Shown one piece after another: positions 16,135-24,653 of a stretch of 64,000 nt of DNA. The DNA lies in the NCBI GenBank assembly GCA_035468285.1, contig DATISY010000067.1:836-64835 (forward strand), read 5' to 3'. Each line of letters starts with the position of its first letter. The first letter of the stretch is position 1. The notes under the pieces were generated by a model. That model had not been told where the DNA came from and did no database searches. It saw nothing but the letters and a program-made list of their open reading frames with translations. The position numbers and the translations under genes were made by a program. This DNA comes from Acidimicrobiia bacterium. GTDB taxonomy: Bacteria; Actinomycetota; Acidimicrobiia; IMCC26256; PALSA-555.

Positions 16135-18617
16135 AAGCCGTGATCCTCGCCGGTGGGGAAGGGACGCGGCTCCGTCCCCTCACGAGCAACCAGGCGAAAC
16201 CGATGATGCCGCTGGTCAACAAGCCGATGATGGAGCACATCGTCGGGTTGCTCGGCCAGCACGGCTTCGACGACGTCGTCGTCACCGTCGCGTACCTCGC
16301 CAACCAGATCCGCACCTACTTCGGGGACGGCTCCGACTACGGGCTCCGGATGCGCTACGCCACCGACGAGGAGCCGCTCGGCACCGCCGGGTCGGTGCGC
16401 AACGCCGCCGCGGAGCTCGACGACACCTTCCTCGTCATCTCGGGTGACGTGCTCACCGACATCGACCTCACCACGTTCGTGAAGGCACACCGCGACAGCG
16501 GCGCGATCGCGTCGATCGCGTTGAAGCGGGTCGAGAACCCCCTCGAGTTCGGGATCGTCATCACCCGCCCCGACGGGAGCATCGAGCGGTTCCTCGAGAA
16601 GCCGTCCTGGGGCCAGGTGTTCTCCGACACGATCAACACCGGCATCTACGTCCTCGAGCCGGCGATCTTCGACAGCATCCCCGAGGGTGAGGTCGTCGAC
16701 TTCTCCGGCGACGTGTTCCCCGCCGTCCTCGAGGAAGGCCAGCCGCTCCACGGTCACATCGCCGACGGCTACTGGGAGGACGTCGGCACCATCGAGGCGT
16801 ACCTCCGGGCCCACGCCGACGTCCTCGACGGCCGCGTCCAGGTCGACATCGGCGGGTTCGAGTTCCGCGACGGGGTCTGGCTCGGCGAGGGCGCGGAGAT
16901 CGACCCGAACACCCAGGTCGACGGGCCCGTCGTCATCGGTGACAACTGCCGCATCGAAGCCGGCGCGCACCTCGCCGAGTACACCGTCCTCGGCGCCGAC
17001 GTCGTCGTCAAACCCGACGCGTCGATCGTGCGCACCGTTCTCCACGACCACGTCTACGTCGGGCGCGCCGCGCAGCTGCGCGGCGCCGTCGTCGGCCGCA
17101 ACAGCGACCTGCGCGAACACGTCCGCCTCGACGAGGGCGTCGTCGTCGGCGACGAGTGCTTCATCGGCCGGCAGGCGGTGATCAGCCCCGGCGTCAAGGT
17201 GTACCCGTTCAAGACGGTCGAGGCCGACGCGGTCGTCAACTCGTCCATCGTGTGGGAGACCCGCGGGGTCCGTACCCTGTTCGGCGCCCACGGCGTCCGC
17301 GGGCTCGCCAACGTCGACGTCACCCCCGAGATGGCCGTCCGGGTCGCGATGGCGTACGGCACCTCGCTGAAGCGAGGCTCGTTCGTCACCGCCAGCCGCG
17401 ACACCAGCCGCGCCGCCCGGGCCCTCAAACGGGCGGTGATCGGGGGCCTGAACCTCGCCGGGATCACCGTCGAGGACGTCGAGCTCACCACCGTCCCCCT
17501 CACCCGGTTCCAGGTTCGCAACAGCCACGCCCTCGGCGGCATCTCCGTCCGTCTGGTCCCCGGCGACCCCGACAGCGTCGAGCTGCGCTTCTTCGACTCC
17601 GACGGGCGTGACATCGACGCCGGCGCGCAACGCAAGATCGAGCGGCTCCTCCACCGCGAGGACTACCGGCGTGCCTTCGCGGGCGACATCGGCGAGATCG
17701 TGTTCCCGCCCCGCGCCATCGAGTTCTACACCGCGGCGCTGGAACGGTCGGTCGACGCGGCCCGGCTGCGGGAACGGCCCTTCAAGGTCGTGCTCGACTA
17801 CTCGTTCGGGGCCGCGTCGATCATCATGCCCACCGTCCTCGCCAAGCTCGGCGCCGAGGTCCTCGCGGTCAACCCGTTCGCGAGCACCGCCGCCGGGACC
17901 GCGACCGAGCCGGCCGAGCAGCAGGACCGGGTGGGGGAGCTCGTCCGGGCCTCGGGCAGCCACCTCGGGATGGTCGTCGACGCGTCCGGGGAGATCGCCA
18001 CCATCGTCGACGACGACGGGCACGTCCTCACCAACACCGAGGCGCTCCTCACCCTCGTGACACTCGTCGTCGACGCGCACCCCGGCGCGGCGGTCGCGGT
18101 GCCCGTCTCGACCACCCGCGAGGTCGCACGCATCGTCGAAGCCGCCGGAGGGAACGTCGTGTGGACCAAGCTTGCCGACTCGCACCTCATGGAGGTCGCG
18201 TCGGGTGAGGGCATCGCGTTCGCCGCGTCGAGCGACGGCGGCTACATCTGGCCCGACTTCCTCCCCGCGTACGACGCCGCGAGCACCCTGGCCCGGGTGC
18301 TCGACCTGCTCGCCGAGACCGGCCGGACCTTGTCGTCCATCGTGCGGGGTCTGCCGCGCATCCACCTGATCCACGAGACGGTCCCCACCCCGTGGGAGCG
18401 CAAAGGCCAGATCATGCGCGAGCTCGTCGAGCACCCCCCGCCGGGCGACGTCGTCCTCATCGACGGGGTCAAGGTCGTCCAACCGACCGGGTGGGTGCTC
18501 GTCTCCCCCGACCCCGAAGACCCGATCATGCACGTCTGGGCCGAAGGTGACTCCGACGCCGAGGCCCGCCAGCTCGCGCAAGAGCGCGTCCGGGCCGTCC
18601 GCCAGGCCCTCCGCTAG
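16131..18617 (+). CDS. Fusion protein: sugar-1-phosphate nucleotidyltransferase + left-handed beta-helix + phosphohexomutase (ManC/ManB-like)
   Basis: 828 aa with ATGA overlap to the upstream gene. N-terminus MKAVILAGGEGTRLRPLT (NTP-transferase), hexapeptide repeats in the middle, and a C-terminal half with alpha-D-phosphohexomutase domain order (GVRG...; GMVVDASGE...). Confidence 0.85.
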   Translation: MKAVILAGGEGTRLRPLTSNQAKPMMPLVNKPMMEHIVGLLGQHGFDDVVVTVAYLANQIRTYFGDGSDYGLRMRYATDEEPLGTAGSVRNAAAELDDTFLVISGDVLTDIDLTTFVKAHRDSGAIASIALKRVENPLEFGIVITRPDGSIERFLEKPSWGQVFSDTINTGIYVLEPAIFDSIPEGEVVDFSGDVFPAVLEEGQPLHGHIADGYWEDVGTIEAYLRAHADVLDGRVQVDIGGFEFRDGVWLGEGAEIDPNTQVDGPVVIGDNCRIEAGAHLAEYTVLGADVVVKPDASIVRTVLHDHVYVGRAAQLRGAVVGRNSDLREHVRLDEGVVVGDECFIGRQAVISPGVKVYPFKTVEADAVVNSSIVWETRGVRTLFGAHGVRGLANVDVTPEMAVRVAMAYGTSLKRGSFVTASRDTSRAARALKRAVIGGLNLAGITVEDVELTTVPLTRFQVRNSHALGGISVRLVPGDPDSVELRFFDSDGRDIDAGAQRKIERLLHREDYRRAFAGDIGEIVFPPRAIEFYTAALERSVDAARLRERPFKVVLDYSFGAASIIMPTVLAKLGAEVLAVNPFASTAAGTATEPAEQQDRVGELVRASGSHLGMVVDASGEIATIVDDDGHVLTNTEALLTLVTLVVDAHPGAAVAVPVSTTREVARIVEAAGGNVVWTKLADSHLMEVASGEGIAFAASSDGGYIWPDFLPAYDAASTLARVLDLLAETGRTLSSIVRGLPRIHLIHETVPTPWERKGQIMRELVEHPPPGDVVLIDGVKVVQPTGWVLVSPDPEDPIMHVWAEGDSDAEARQLAQERVRAVRQALR

Positions 18618-18674
18618 GGTCCAGCGCCACCGTCACCGCGCCGGCCGGGACGTTCGAGGCGGGAAGGAGGTCGC

Positions 18675-19058
18675 GTGCAGTACCCCGACGACCGCAGATA
18701 CAGCCGTGAGCACGAGTGGGTGTCGCTCGACGGTGACACCGCCCGTGTCGGGATCACCGACTACGCCCAGGACGCGCTCGGCGACGTCGTCTACGTCCAG
18801 TTGCCCGACGTCGGCCTCGAGGTCGTGGCCAACGCCAGCTGCGCCGAAGTCGAGTCCACCAAGTCGGTGTCCGAGGTCTACTCGCCGGTGTCGGGACAGG
18901 TCACGGCGCGGAACGAGGCGCTCAACGACACCCCCGAGCTCCTCAACCAGGACCCGTACGGTGCCGGCTGGATCTTCGCCATGACGCTCGCCGACCCCGC
19001 CGAGCTCGACGCGCTCATGGACGCCGCCGCCTACCAGCACTTCGTCGAGGAGGGCTGA
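18675..19058 (+). CDS. gcvH: Glycine cleavage system H protein
   Basis: 127 aa. YSREHEWV, GITDYAQDALGDVVYV and the lipoyl-lysine block EVESTKSVSEVYSPVSG. Confidence 0.95.
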   Translation: MQYPDDRRYSREHEWVSLDGDTARVGITDYAQDALGDVVYVQLPDVGLEVVANASCAEVESTKSVSEVYSPVSGQVTARNEALNDTPELLNQDPYGAGWIFAMTLADPAELDALMDAAAYQHFVEEG

Positions 19059-19103
19059 GCCGCCGGGGTCGTTGATGACCCGCGGGGCCGTCGGTACCCT
19101 CGG

Positions 19104-19586
19104 GTGATGCAATGCCTGCGGTGCGGCCACGAGAACGAGGCAGGCGCGAACTTCTGCTCGTCGTGTGGCGCCACGCTCGGTGACGCCGACGAGACCACCG
19201 CGTCGCTGGCCCTCCTCGAGGACCGCCAGGAGCTGATCGAGGAGCTCGGGCCCCTCCTCGACGACGTCCCCAGGGACCTCGGGATCCTCGTCGTCCGGCG
19301 GGGCCCGAACGCCGGGAGCACCTTCGGGCTCGACGCGGCCACGACCAGCATCGGGCGGCACCCCGACTCCGACCTGTTCCTCGACGACGTCACCGTCTCG
19401 CGCCGTCACGCCCTCATCCGCCGCACCCCCGGCGGGTACACCATCAGCGACGTCGGGTCGCTGAACGGCACGTACGTGCGCGGCGAGCGGATCGACGCGA
19501 CCGAGCTCACCGACATGTCCGACGTGCAGATCGGCCGGTTCGTGCTCACCTTCCTGCTCGGCGGGCGTGCCGAGGCGAGCGCCTAA
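19104..19586 (+). CDS. FHA domain protein with N-terminal zinc-ribbon (GarA/OdhI position)
   Basis: 160 aa. CLRCGHEN...CSSCG zinc ribbon, then an FHA core (IGRHPDSDLFLDDVTVSRRHA...SLNGTYV). Sits directly after gcvH, like garA (Rv1827). Confidence 0.85.
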   Translation: MMQCLRCGHENEAGANFCSSCGATLGDADETTASLALLEDRQELIEELGPLLDDVPRDLGILVVRRGPNAGSTFGLDAATTSIGRHPDSDLFLDDVTVSRRHALIRRTPGGYTISDVGSLNGTYVRGERIDATELTDMSDVQIGRFVLTFLLGGRAEASA

Positions 19587-19588
19587 GC

Positions 19589-20416
19589 GTGCCGGAGCAA
19601 ACCGGCAGCCACCTCTCGATCGGGGAGGTCCTCGCCCACCTCCAGGACGAGTTCCCCGACGTCACCGTCTCCAAGATCCGGTTCCTCGAGAGCCAGGGGC
19701 TCATCGACCCCGAGCGGACCCCGTCGGGGTACCGGCGGTTCTACGGCACCGACCTCGAACGGCTCCGCTGGATCCTCTACCAGCAACGCGAGCACTTCTT
19801 GCCGCTGCGCGTGATCAAGGAACGCCTCGACGAGTTCGGCGCGGCGGGCGCACCCCCTCTCGAGGCATCCAACGGGGACCGGCCTTCCCGTCCCGTCCCC
19901 GAGCTGCCACCCCGGCAGGCGCCGATGACCGTCACGCGCCGTGACGACCTCGACGTCGCGCCGCTCACCCTTCCCCTCGACGGGCTCGATCCCGAGCTCG
20001 GGACCGTCCACCCGAGCGACGACGAGCCCACCACGAGCGGGCTGACCCGCGCCGAGCTCCTCCGCGAATCCGGGTTGGGCAGCCAGGCGCTCGACGAGCT
20101 CGAGTCGTACGGGCTCCTCGCGCCCATCGCGGGCCGCGGGGAAGCCGCGCTGTACGACGACGAGGGCCTCGATCTCGCCCAGGTCGGCGCGGCGTACTAC
20201 TCGCGGGGGGTCACGGCCCGGCACCTGCGCATGTACCAGCACTTCGCGGAACGCGAGGCGCTGCTGTTCGCGCAGGTGCTGCTCCCGTACCGACGCCAGC
20301 GCAACCCCACGGCGCGGGCCCGCCTCCAAGACGAGCTCGAGGAGCTGGCCCGGCTCGCGAGCCGGCTCCGCACCGCGATGCTGCGGCAGGCGCTGCGCGG
20401 CACGCTCCGGGAGTGA
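19589..20416 (+). CDS. MerR family transcriptional regulator (Rv1828-like)
   Basis: 275 aa from a GTG start. N-terminal MerR HTH (LSIGEVLAHLQDEFPDVTVSKIRFLESQGLIDPERTPSGYRRFY) and a conserved C-terminal domain. Confidence 0.85.
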   Translation: MPEQTGSHLSIGEVLAHLQDEFPDVTVSKIRFLESQGLIDPERTPSGYRRFYGTDLERLRWILYQQREHFLPLRVIKERLDEFGAAGAPPLEASNGDRPSRPVPELPPRQAPMTVTRRDDLDVAPLTLPLDGLDPELGTVHPSDDEPTTSGLTRAELLRESGLGSQALDELESYGLLAPIAGRGEAALYDDEGLDLAQVGAAYYSRGVTARHLRMYQHFAEREALLFAQVLLPYRRQRNPTARARLQDELEELARLASRLRTAMLRQALRGTLRE

Positions 20417-21006
20417 CCGCCCCGCCCCGGGTCCTCCTCGACCAGGCCGCCCTGCGCGGCCGGGTCGGCGAGCTCGCGGCCCGCATCGCCGCCGACCATC
20501 CCGACGGGGTGGTGCTCGTCGGTGTCCTGAAAGGCGCGCTGATCTTCCTCGCCGACCTCGCCCGCGCACTCGCCCGTCACGACGGGCTCGACGTCACGAT
20601 CGACTTCCTCGCCATCTCCCGGTACGCGCCCGACAGCGGGCGCGTGAAGATCCTCGAAGACCTCGCGGTCGACGTAACCGGGCGGGACGTCGTCCTCGTC
20701 GAAGACCTCGTCGACACCGGTCTCACCCTCGCGTACCTGCTCGGCCATGTGCGCGAGCGCGACCCGCGCCGCGTCGCGGTGTGCGCGCTCCTCGACCGGG
20801 CCGAGCGGCGCATCGTGCCGCTCGAGCTGCGCTACGTCGGGATCGAAGTGCCCGGCGACGCGTTCCTGATCGGGTACGGGCTGCACTACGAGGAGCGGTA
20901 CCGGAACCTCCCGGTGGTCGTCACCGCCGACCGGGGCGCGCTCGCCGAGAACCCCGACGCGTACCTGGGCCTCTACGCCGAACCGCCCCGGTGGGGCGCG
21001 CCGTGA
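20413..21006 (+). CDS. hpt: Hypoxanthine phosphoribosyltransferase
   Basis: 197 aa with a 4-nt overlap to the upstream stop. PRPP-binding motif VVLVEDLVDTGLTL, and VGVLKGALIFLADL / FLIGYGLHYEERYRNLP blocks. Confidence 0.9.
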   Translation: MTAPPRVLLDQAALRGRVGELAARIAADHPDGVVLVGVLKGALIFLADLARALARHDGLDVTIDFLAISRYAPDSGRVKILEDLAVDVTGRDVVLVEDLVDTGLTLAYLLGHVRERDPRRVAVCALLDRAERRIVPLELRYVGIEVPGDAFLIGYGLHYEERYRNLPVVVTADRGALAENPDAYLGLYAEPPRWGAP

Positions 21007-21016
21007 CCCGCGCCGC

Positions 21017-21058
21017 GCCCGAAAACGGCCCGAGCGTGCCGGTTCGGCCCGTTTTCGG
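21017..21058 (+). terminator. GC-rich hairpin immediately after hpt (possible intrinsic terminator)
   Basis: CCCGAAAACGG (21017-21027) pairs perfectly with CCGTTTTCGGG (21048-21058). This is an 11-bp stem, extendable by 2 bp, starting 11 nt after the hpt stop. The T-run lies inside the 3' arm rather than after it. Confidence 0.45.
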
Positions 21059-21126
21059 GACACCGGATCCGCGGACGCCGATGGTAGGGTCGCAGTGCTC
21101 GGGGTGATGATCGAAAGGCGCCGCCA

Positions 21127-21615
21127 GTGATCCAGATGTCGCTGGTGGGGGTCCGGGTCGAGGTCCCCACGAACCAGCCCATCGTGCTCCTCAGGGAAGA
21201 GGATGGGCAGCGGTACCTGCCGATCTTCATCGGGAACCCCGAAGCCACCGCGATCGTCTACGCGCTGCAGGGCATGGACACGCCCCGGCCGATGACGCAC
21301 GACCTCTTCAAGACCGTCCTCGACGAGATGGCCGTCCGGCTCCAGCGGGTCGTCATCACCGAGCTCCACGACGGCACCTTCTACGCCGAGATCGAGCTCG
21401 GTGGCGACGCCGAGGTGCGCCGCATCTCGTCGCGGCCCTCCGACGCCCTCGCCCTCGCCGCCCGGTACCCCGACGCGGTCCCGATCTTCGCCGACGAGGC
21501 CGTCCTCGACGAGGCCGGTGTCCTCTTCGACCACGACGAGGAAGACGAGGCCGAGATCGAGGAGTTCCGGGAGTTCCTCGACCAGGTCCATCCCGAGGAC
21601 TTCGCCTCCGAATAG
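21127..21615 (+). CDS. Bifunctional nuclease family protein (DUF151, Rv1829-like)
   Basis: 162 aa. VRVEVPTNQPIVLLRE...RYLPIFIGNPEATAI...RPMTHDL...ELHDGTFYA fits the DUF151/BFN domain, followed by an acidic tail. Confidence 0.85.
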   Translation: MIQMSLVGVRVEVPTNQPIVLLREEDGQRYLPIFIGNPEATAIVYALQGMDTPRPMTHDLFKTVLDEMAVRLQRVVITELHDGTFYAEIELGGDAEVRRISSRPSDALALAARYPDAVPIFADEAVLDEAGVLFDHDEEDEAEIEEFREFLDQVHPEDFASE

Positions 21616-21751
21616 CGGGGTGTCCGTCCCGGGCCCGGGCTGCCCTGGGCCCAGCGTGGCCCCCAGACGGCCTGGGGCGACGTTGACGGGCCTCAGGACG
21701 CCAGGTACGGTCACAGAGGCGTAACTACGTCGGTGTGACTCAGGAGGCAGC

Positions 21752-22294
21752 GTGGCCGGACGGTCGGGGAGCGGGGGCAAGCAGGCCCGCGTGGTGACGG
21801 GCACGCTGGATGAGGCGCTGGGCGCCGAGACCGGGTTCAGCGGACCGCAGGTGTGCGCCGTCGTCGGCATCTCCTACCGCCAGCTCGACTACTGGGCCCG
21901 CACCGAGCTGGTTCGACCCTCCCTCGCCGACGCGCACGGCAGCGGCACCCAACGCCGCTACTCGTACCGTGACCTCGTTCGCCTCAAGGTCATCAAGAGC
22001 CTCCTCGACGCCGGCGTGAAGCTCCAGACCGCCCGCCGTGCCATCGAGTACCTCCGCGAGGACGGCGGCGACTGGGAGACCGCCAGCCTCGTCCTCGACG
22101 GCACCGACTCCGTGCTCGCCCGCGACGGCGACGCCCTCGTCGACCTCGTGCGCCGCGGTCAGGGCGTCCTCAACATCGTTCCCCTCGGACACGTCGTCGA
22201 CGAGCTCGACGCCCGCATCCTCGCGCTCGCCCCGACCGACGAGCCCGACGCTTCGCCCGCTCGACCCGAGCGCGGAGCAGCGCAGGGGGGTTGA
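21752..22294 (+). CDS. MerR family transcriptional regulator (Rv1830-like)
   Basis: 180 aa. HTH VCAVVGISYRQLDYWARTELVRPS...GSGTQRRYSYRDLVRLKVIKSLLDAGV. The start codon is uncertain; an internal start is possible. Confidence 0.8.
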   Translation: MAGRSGSGGKQARVVTGTLDEALGAETGFSGPQVCAVVGISYRQLDYWARTELVRPSLADAHGSGTQRRYSYRDLVRLKVIKSLLDAGVKLQTARRAIEYLREDGGDWETASLVLDGTDSVLARDGDALVDLVRRGQGVLNIVPLGHVVDELDARILALAPTDEPDASPARPERGAAQGG

Positions 22295-22728
22295 CCATCG
22301 GCGAATCGCTCCCGCACGAGCAGACGCGCTTCGCGCACAACTCCGAGCGTCAGTTCGCCAAGTTGCTCGACTTCTACGGCATCGTGTGGGAGTACGAGCC
22401 GCGCACCTTCACCCTCGAACGCAACCGTGACGGCGCCACCGTCCAGGCGTTCACCCCCGACTTCTACCTCCCGGCGTACGACCTCTACATCGAGATCACC
22501 ACGCTGAACCAGAAGCTCGTCACGAAGAAGAACAAGAAAGCGCGCCGTCTCCGCGAGCTCTTCCCCGACGTGCAGATCAAGGTCCTCTACCAGCGCGACT
22601 ACTTGAACCTCCTCGTCAAGTACGGCCTCGAGCCCCCCTCCCAGCTCGGCGACACGGCACTCGACACCACCGTCCGCCTCGACCTGCGCCCCGACCCCGC
22701 GCCGAACCGGGAAGCCGAGACCGCCTGA
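22291..22728 (+). CDS. Hypothetical protein, possible PD-(D/E)XK nuclease-fold
   Basis: 145 aa from a TTG start overlapping the MerR stop by 4 nt. Contains SERQFAKLLDFYGIVWEYEP...FTPDFYLP...DLYIEIT...K, resembling a D...(D/E)xK restriction-endonuclease-like core. No family recognised with certainty. Confidence 0.55.
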   Translation: MTIGESLPHEQTRFAHNSERQFAKLLDFYGIVWEYEPRTFTLERNRDGATVQAFTPDFYLPAYDLYIEITTLNQKLVTKKNKKARRLRELFPDVQIKVLYQRDYLNLLVKYGLEPPSQLGDTALDTTVRLDLRPDPAPNREAETA

Positions 22729-22750
22729 GCCCCGCGTAGGCTCCGCCGCG

Positions 22751-23839
22751 ATGGCCGACGCCACGCACCACAGCCCCCTCGAAGCCGAGCATCAAGCCCT
22801 CGGGGCCCGCTTCGCGCCCTTCGGTGGGTGGGACATGCCGCTCCAGTACTCGAGTGTCCTCGAGGAGCACCGCGCTTGCCGCACCGACGCCGTCATGTTC
22901 GACGTCTCCCACCTCGGCTCCGTCCGTGTCAACGGACCGGGCGCGCGCGACGCCCTGCAGTGGGCCTTCACGAACGACCTCGACCGCGTCACGCCCGGCC
23001 GGGCCCAGTACACGCACCTCCTCGACCCCGACGACGCGCATGTCGTCGACGACATCATCGTCTGGTGGACCGACGACGACTCGTTCCTCGTCATGCCCAA
23101 CGCGTCCAACACCGACGGCGTCACCACCGCCCTCGCCGAGGCTGCCGCGCGGGTCAGCGCTCCGAGCGAGGCCGACGACATCACCGCGTCCCGCGCGGTC
23201 ATCGCCGTCCAGGGTCCCCACGCCCGCGAGAAGCTCGCGAACGTCGCAGCCGACGCCGCGCACGTGGCCCGCTTCGACGTGCGCGCCGTGCACGACGCCT
23301 TCGACGGGTACACCGCGGGCACCGGCTACACCGGCGAGGACGGCGTCGAGCTCCACGTTCCCGCCGCCGACGCGCCGGCCGTCTGGCGCGCGCTGCTCGC
23401 CGCCGGGATCCAACCTGCCGGGCTCGGCGCCCGAGACACGCTGCGCCTGGAGGCCGCCTACCCGCTCCACGGCCACGAGCTCGGTCCCGGCATCACCCCG
23501 CTCCAGGCCGGGCTGGGCTGGGTCGTCCGCTTCGACAAGGGCGAGTTCCGCGGCCGAGCGCCGCTCCTCGCCGAGAAGGAACACGGCATCAGCCGTCGGC
23601 TGCGGGGCCTGCTCGCTTCCGACCGCCAGATCCCACGCGCTGACTGCGCGGTGCTCGTCGACGCCACGCCAGTGGGGGAGGTGACGAGCGGCAACTTCTC
23701 ACCCACGCTCGGCCGCGGGATCGCGCTCGCCTTCCTTCCGCCCGACACCGAGATCGCCAGCCCCGTCGAGATCGCGGTGCGCGGCCGCCGGGTCGCCGCC
23801 GAGGTCGTCAGGACCCCCTTCGTCCCGCACCGCGCATGA
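22751..23839 (+). CDS. gcvT: Glycine cleavage system aminomethyltransferase T
   Basis: 362 aa. HQALGARFAPFGGWDMPLQY, AVMFDVSHLG, GYTGEDGVEL, ARDTLRLEA and SGNFSPTLG blocks. Confidence 0.95.
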   Translation: MADATHHSPLEAEHQALGARFAPFGGWDMPLQYSSVLEEHRACRTDAVMFDVSHLGSVRVNGPGARDALQWAFTNDLDRVTPGRAQYTHLLDPDDAHVVDDIIVWWTDDDSFLVMPNASNTDGVTTALAEAAARVSAPSEADDITASRAVIAVQGPHAREKLANVAADAAHVARFDVRAVHDAFDGYTAGTGYTGEDGVELHVPAADAPAVWRALLAAGIQPAGLGARDTLRLEAAYPLHGHELGPGITPLQAGLGWVVRFDKGEFRGRAPLLAEKEHGISRRLRGLLASDRQIPRADCAVLVDATPVGEVTSGNFSPTLGRGIALAFLPPDTEIASPVEIAVRGRRVAAEVVRTPFVPHRA

Positions 23840-23941
23840 GCCGGCATCCCACGGGCCGACCCGCCGAGCCCGAGCCGCCAAACCCGTACCAGGCTCGCGG
23901 AGCCGCCACGACGGTCTCGGGGCCACGACGACGAAGGCCGC

Positions 23942-24343
23942 GTGATGGATGCCCGTGAGCAGACCGTCGCGCGCATGCTCGCCGCCGCCGCACCGTTCGT
24001 GACGCCCCCCGAACACATCGTCGTGATCGTCCCCGCCGGCGCGTTCGGCACGGAAGCCGAAGCAACCTGGCGTCCCTTCCAGAGCGGGAAGGGGAAGAAC
24101 TACCTCGCCGTCGCAACCGACCAGCGCCTGCTCCTGCTCCGCACGAACCGAACCGGGTTCAGCGCCACCGGTTCCGTCACCGTGGACGCGCCCTTGGCGG
24201 GCGTGTCCGCGGTCCGACGGCGGCCGGGACGCCTCGTCAACCGTCTCGACCTCACGGTCGGGGACGTCCCGCGCCACCTCTACGTGGCCCCGCCGTGGTC
24301 GGCCGAGCTGGCCGGCCTGGTCGAGGCACTGACGACCGGCTGA
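23942..24343 (+). CDS. Hypothetical protein (bacterial PH-domain-like)
   Basis: 133 aa. The pattern ...YLAVATDQRLLLLR...VTVDAPLAGVSAV...LDLTVGD resembles bPH/YokE-like folds. Weak assignment. Confidence 0.45.
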   Translation: MMDAREQTVARMLAAAAPFVTPPEHIVVIVPAGAFGTEAEATWRPFQSGKGKNYLAVATDQRLLLLRTNRTGFSATGSVTVDAPLAGVSAVRRRPGRLVNRLDLTVGDVPRHLYVAPPWSAELAGLVEALTTG

Positions 24344-24394
24344 GCGTGAGGCGCAGCGCACTCGGGCGCTACGCTGCCGCGACAGCCGTCGACC

Positions 24395-24585
24395 CTGGGC
24401 GGGAGAGCCCTCGCCCACCCGGGCGGGGCGCCGAAGGAGCAACCACTCCCGGAACCTCTCAGGCCCATGAACCGTCCGGGCGAGGCCACGCTGGAGAGCA
24501 GGCGGGAAGCCATCTCGTCTCACCGAAGGGGAAAGTCGGTCCGCCGGCGAATCTCTCAGGTCCACTGACAGCGCGGGAGCGACGG
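24395..24585 (+). promoter_or_regulatory. Tandem glycine riboswitch (two aptamers) in the gcvP leader
   Basis: Aptamer 1: GGGAGAG...CGCCGAAGGAGCAA...CTCTCAGG (about 24398-24465). Aptamer 2: CTGGAGAG...CACCGAAGGGGAAA...CTCTCAGG...GACAG (about 24490-24572). Both carry the conserved GGAGAG / ACCGAAGGrGcAA / CTCTCAGG cores. It ends about 70 nt before the gcvP ATG. Confidence 0.85.
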
Positions 24586-24653
24586 GCCGGTCAGGGCCCG
24601 AGCGACCGAACGCGACCCGGGTCCCGGGCCGCCCGCCGGACGGAGAGACCCCC

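Noticed and set aside
16053-18581. 842-aa - strand ORF antisense to the nucleotidyltransferase/phosphomutase fusion
   Set aside because: Same high-GC mirror-frame artefact. The composition is dominated by G/D/V/R/A, and there are no recognisable domains, whereas the + strand product is well supported.
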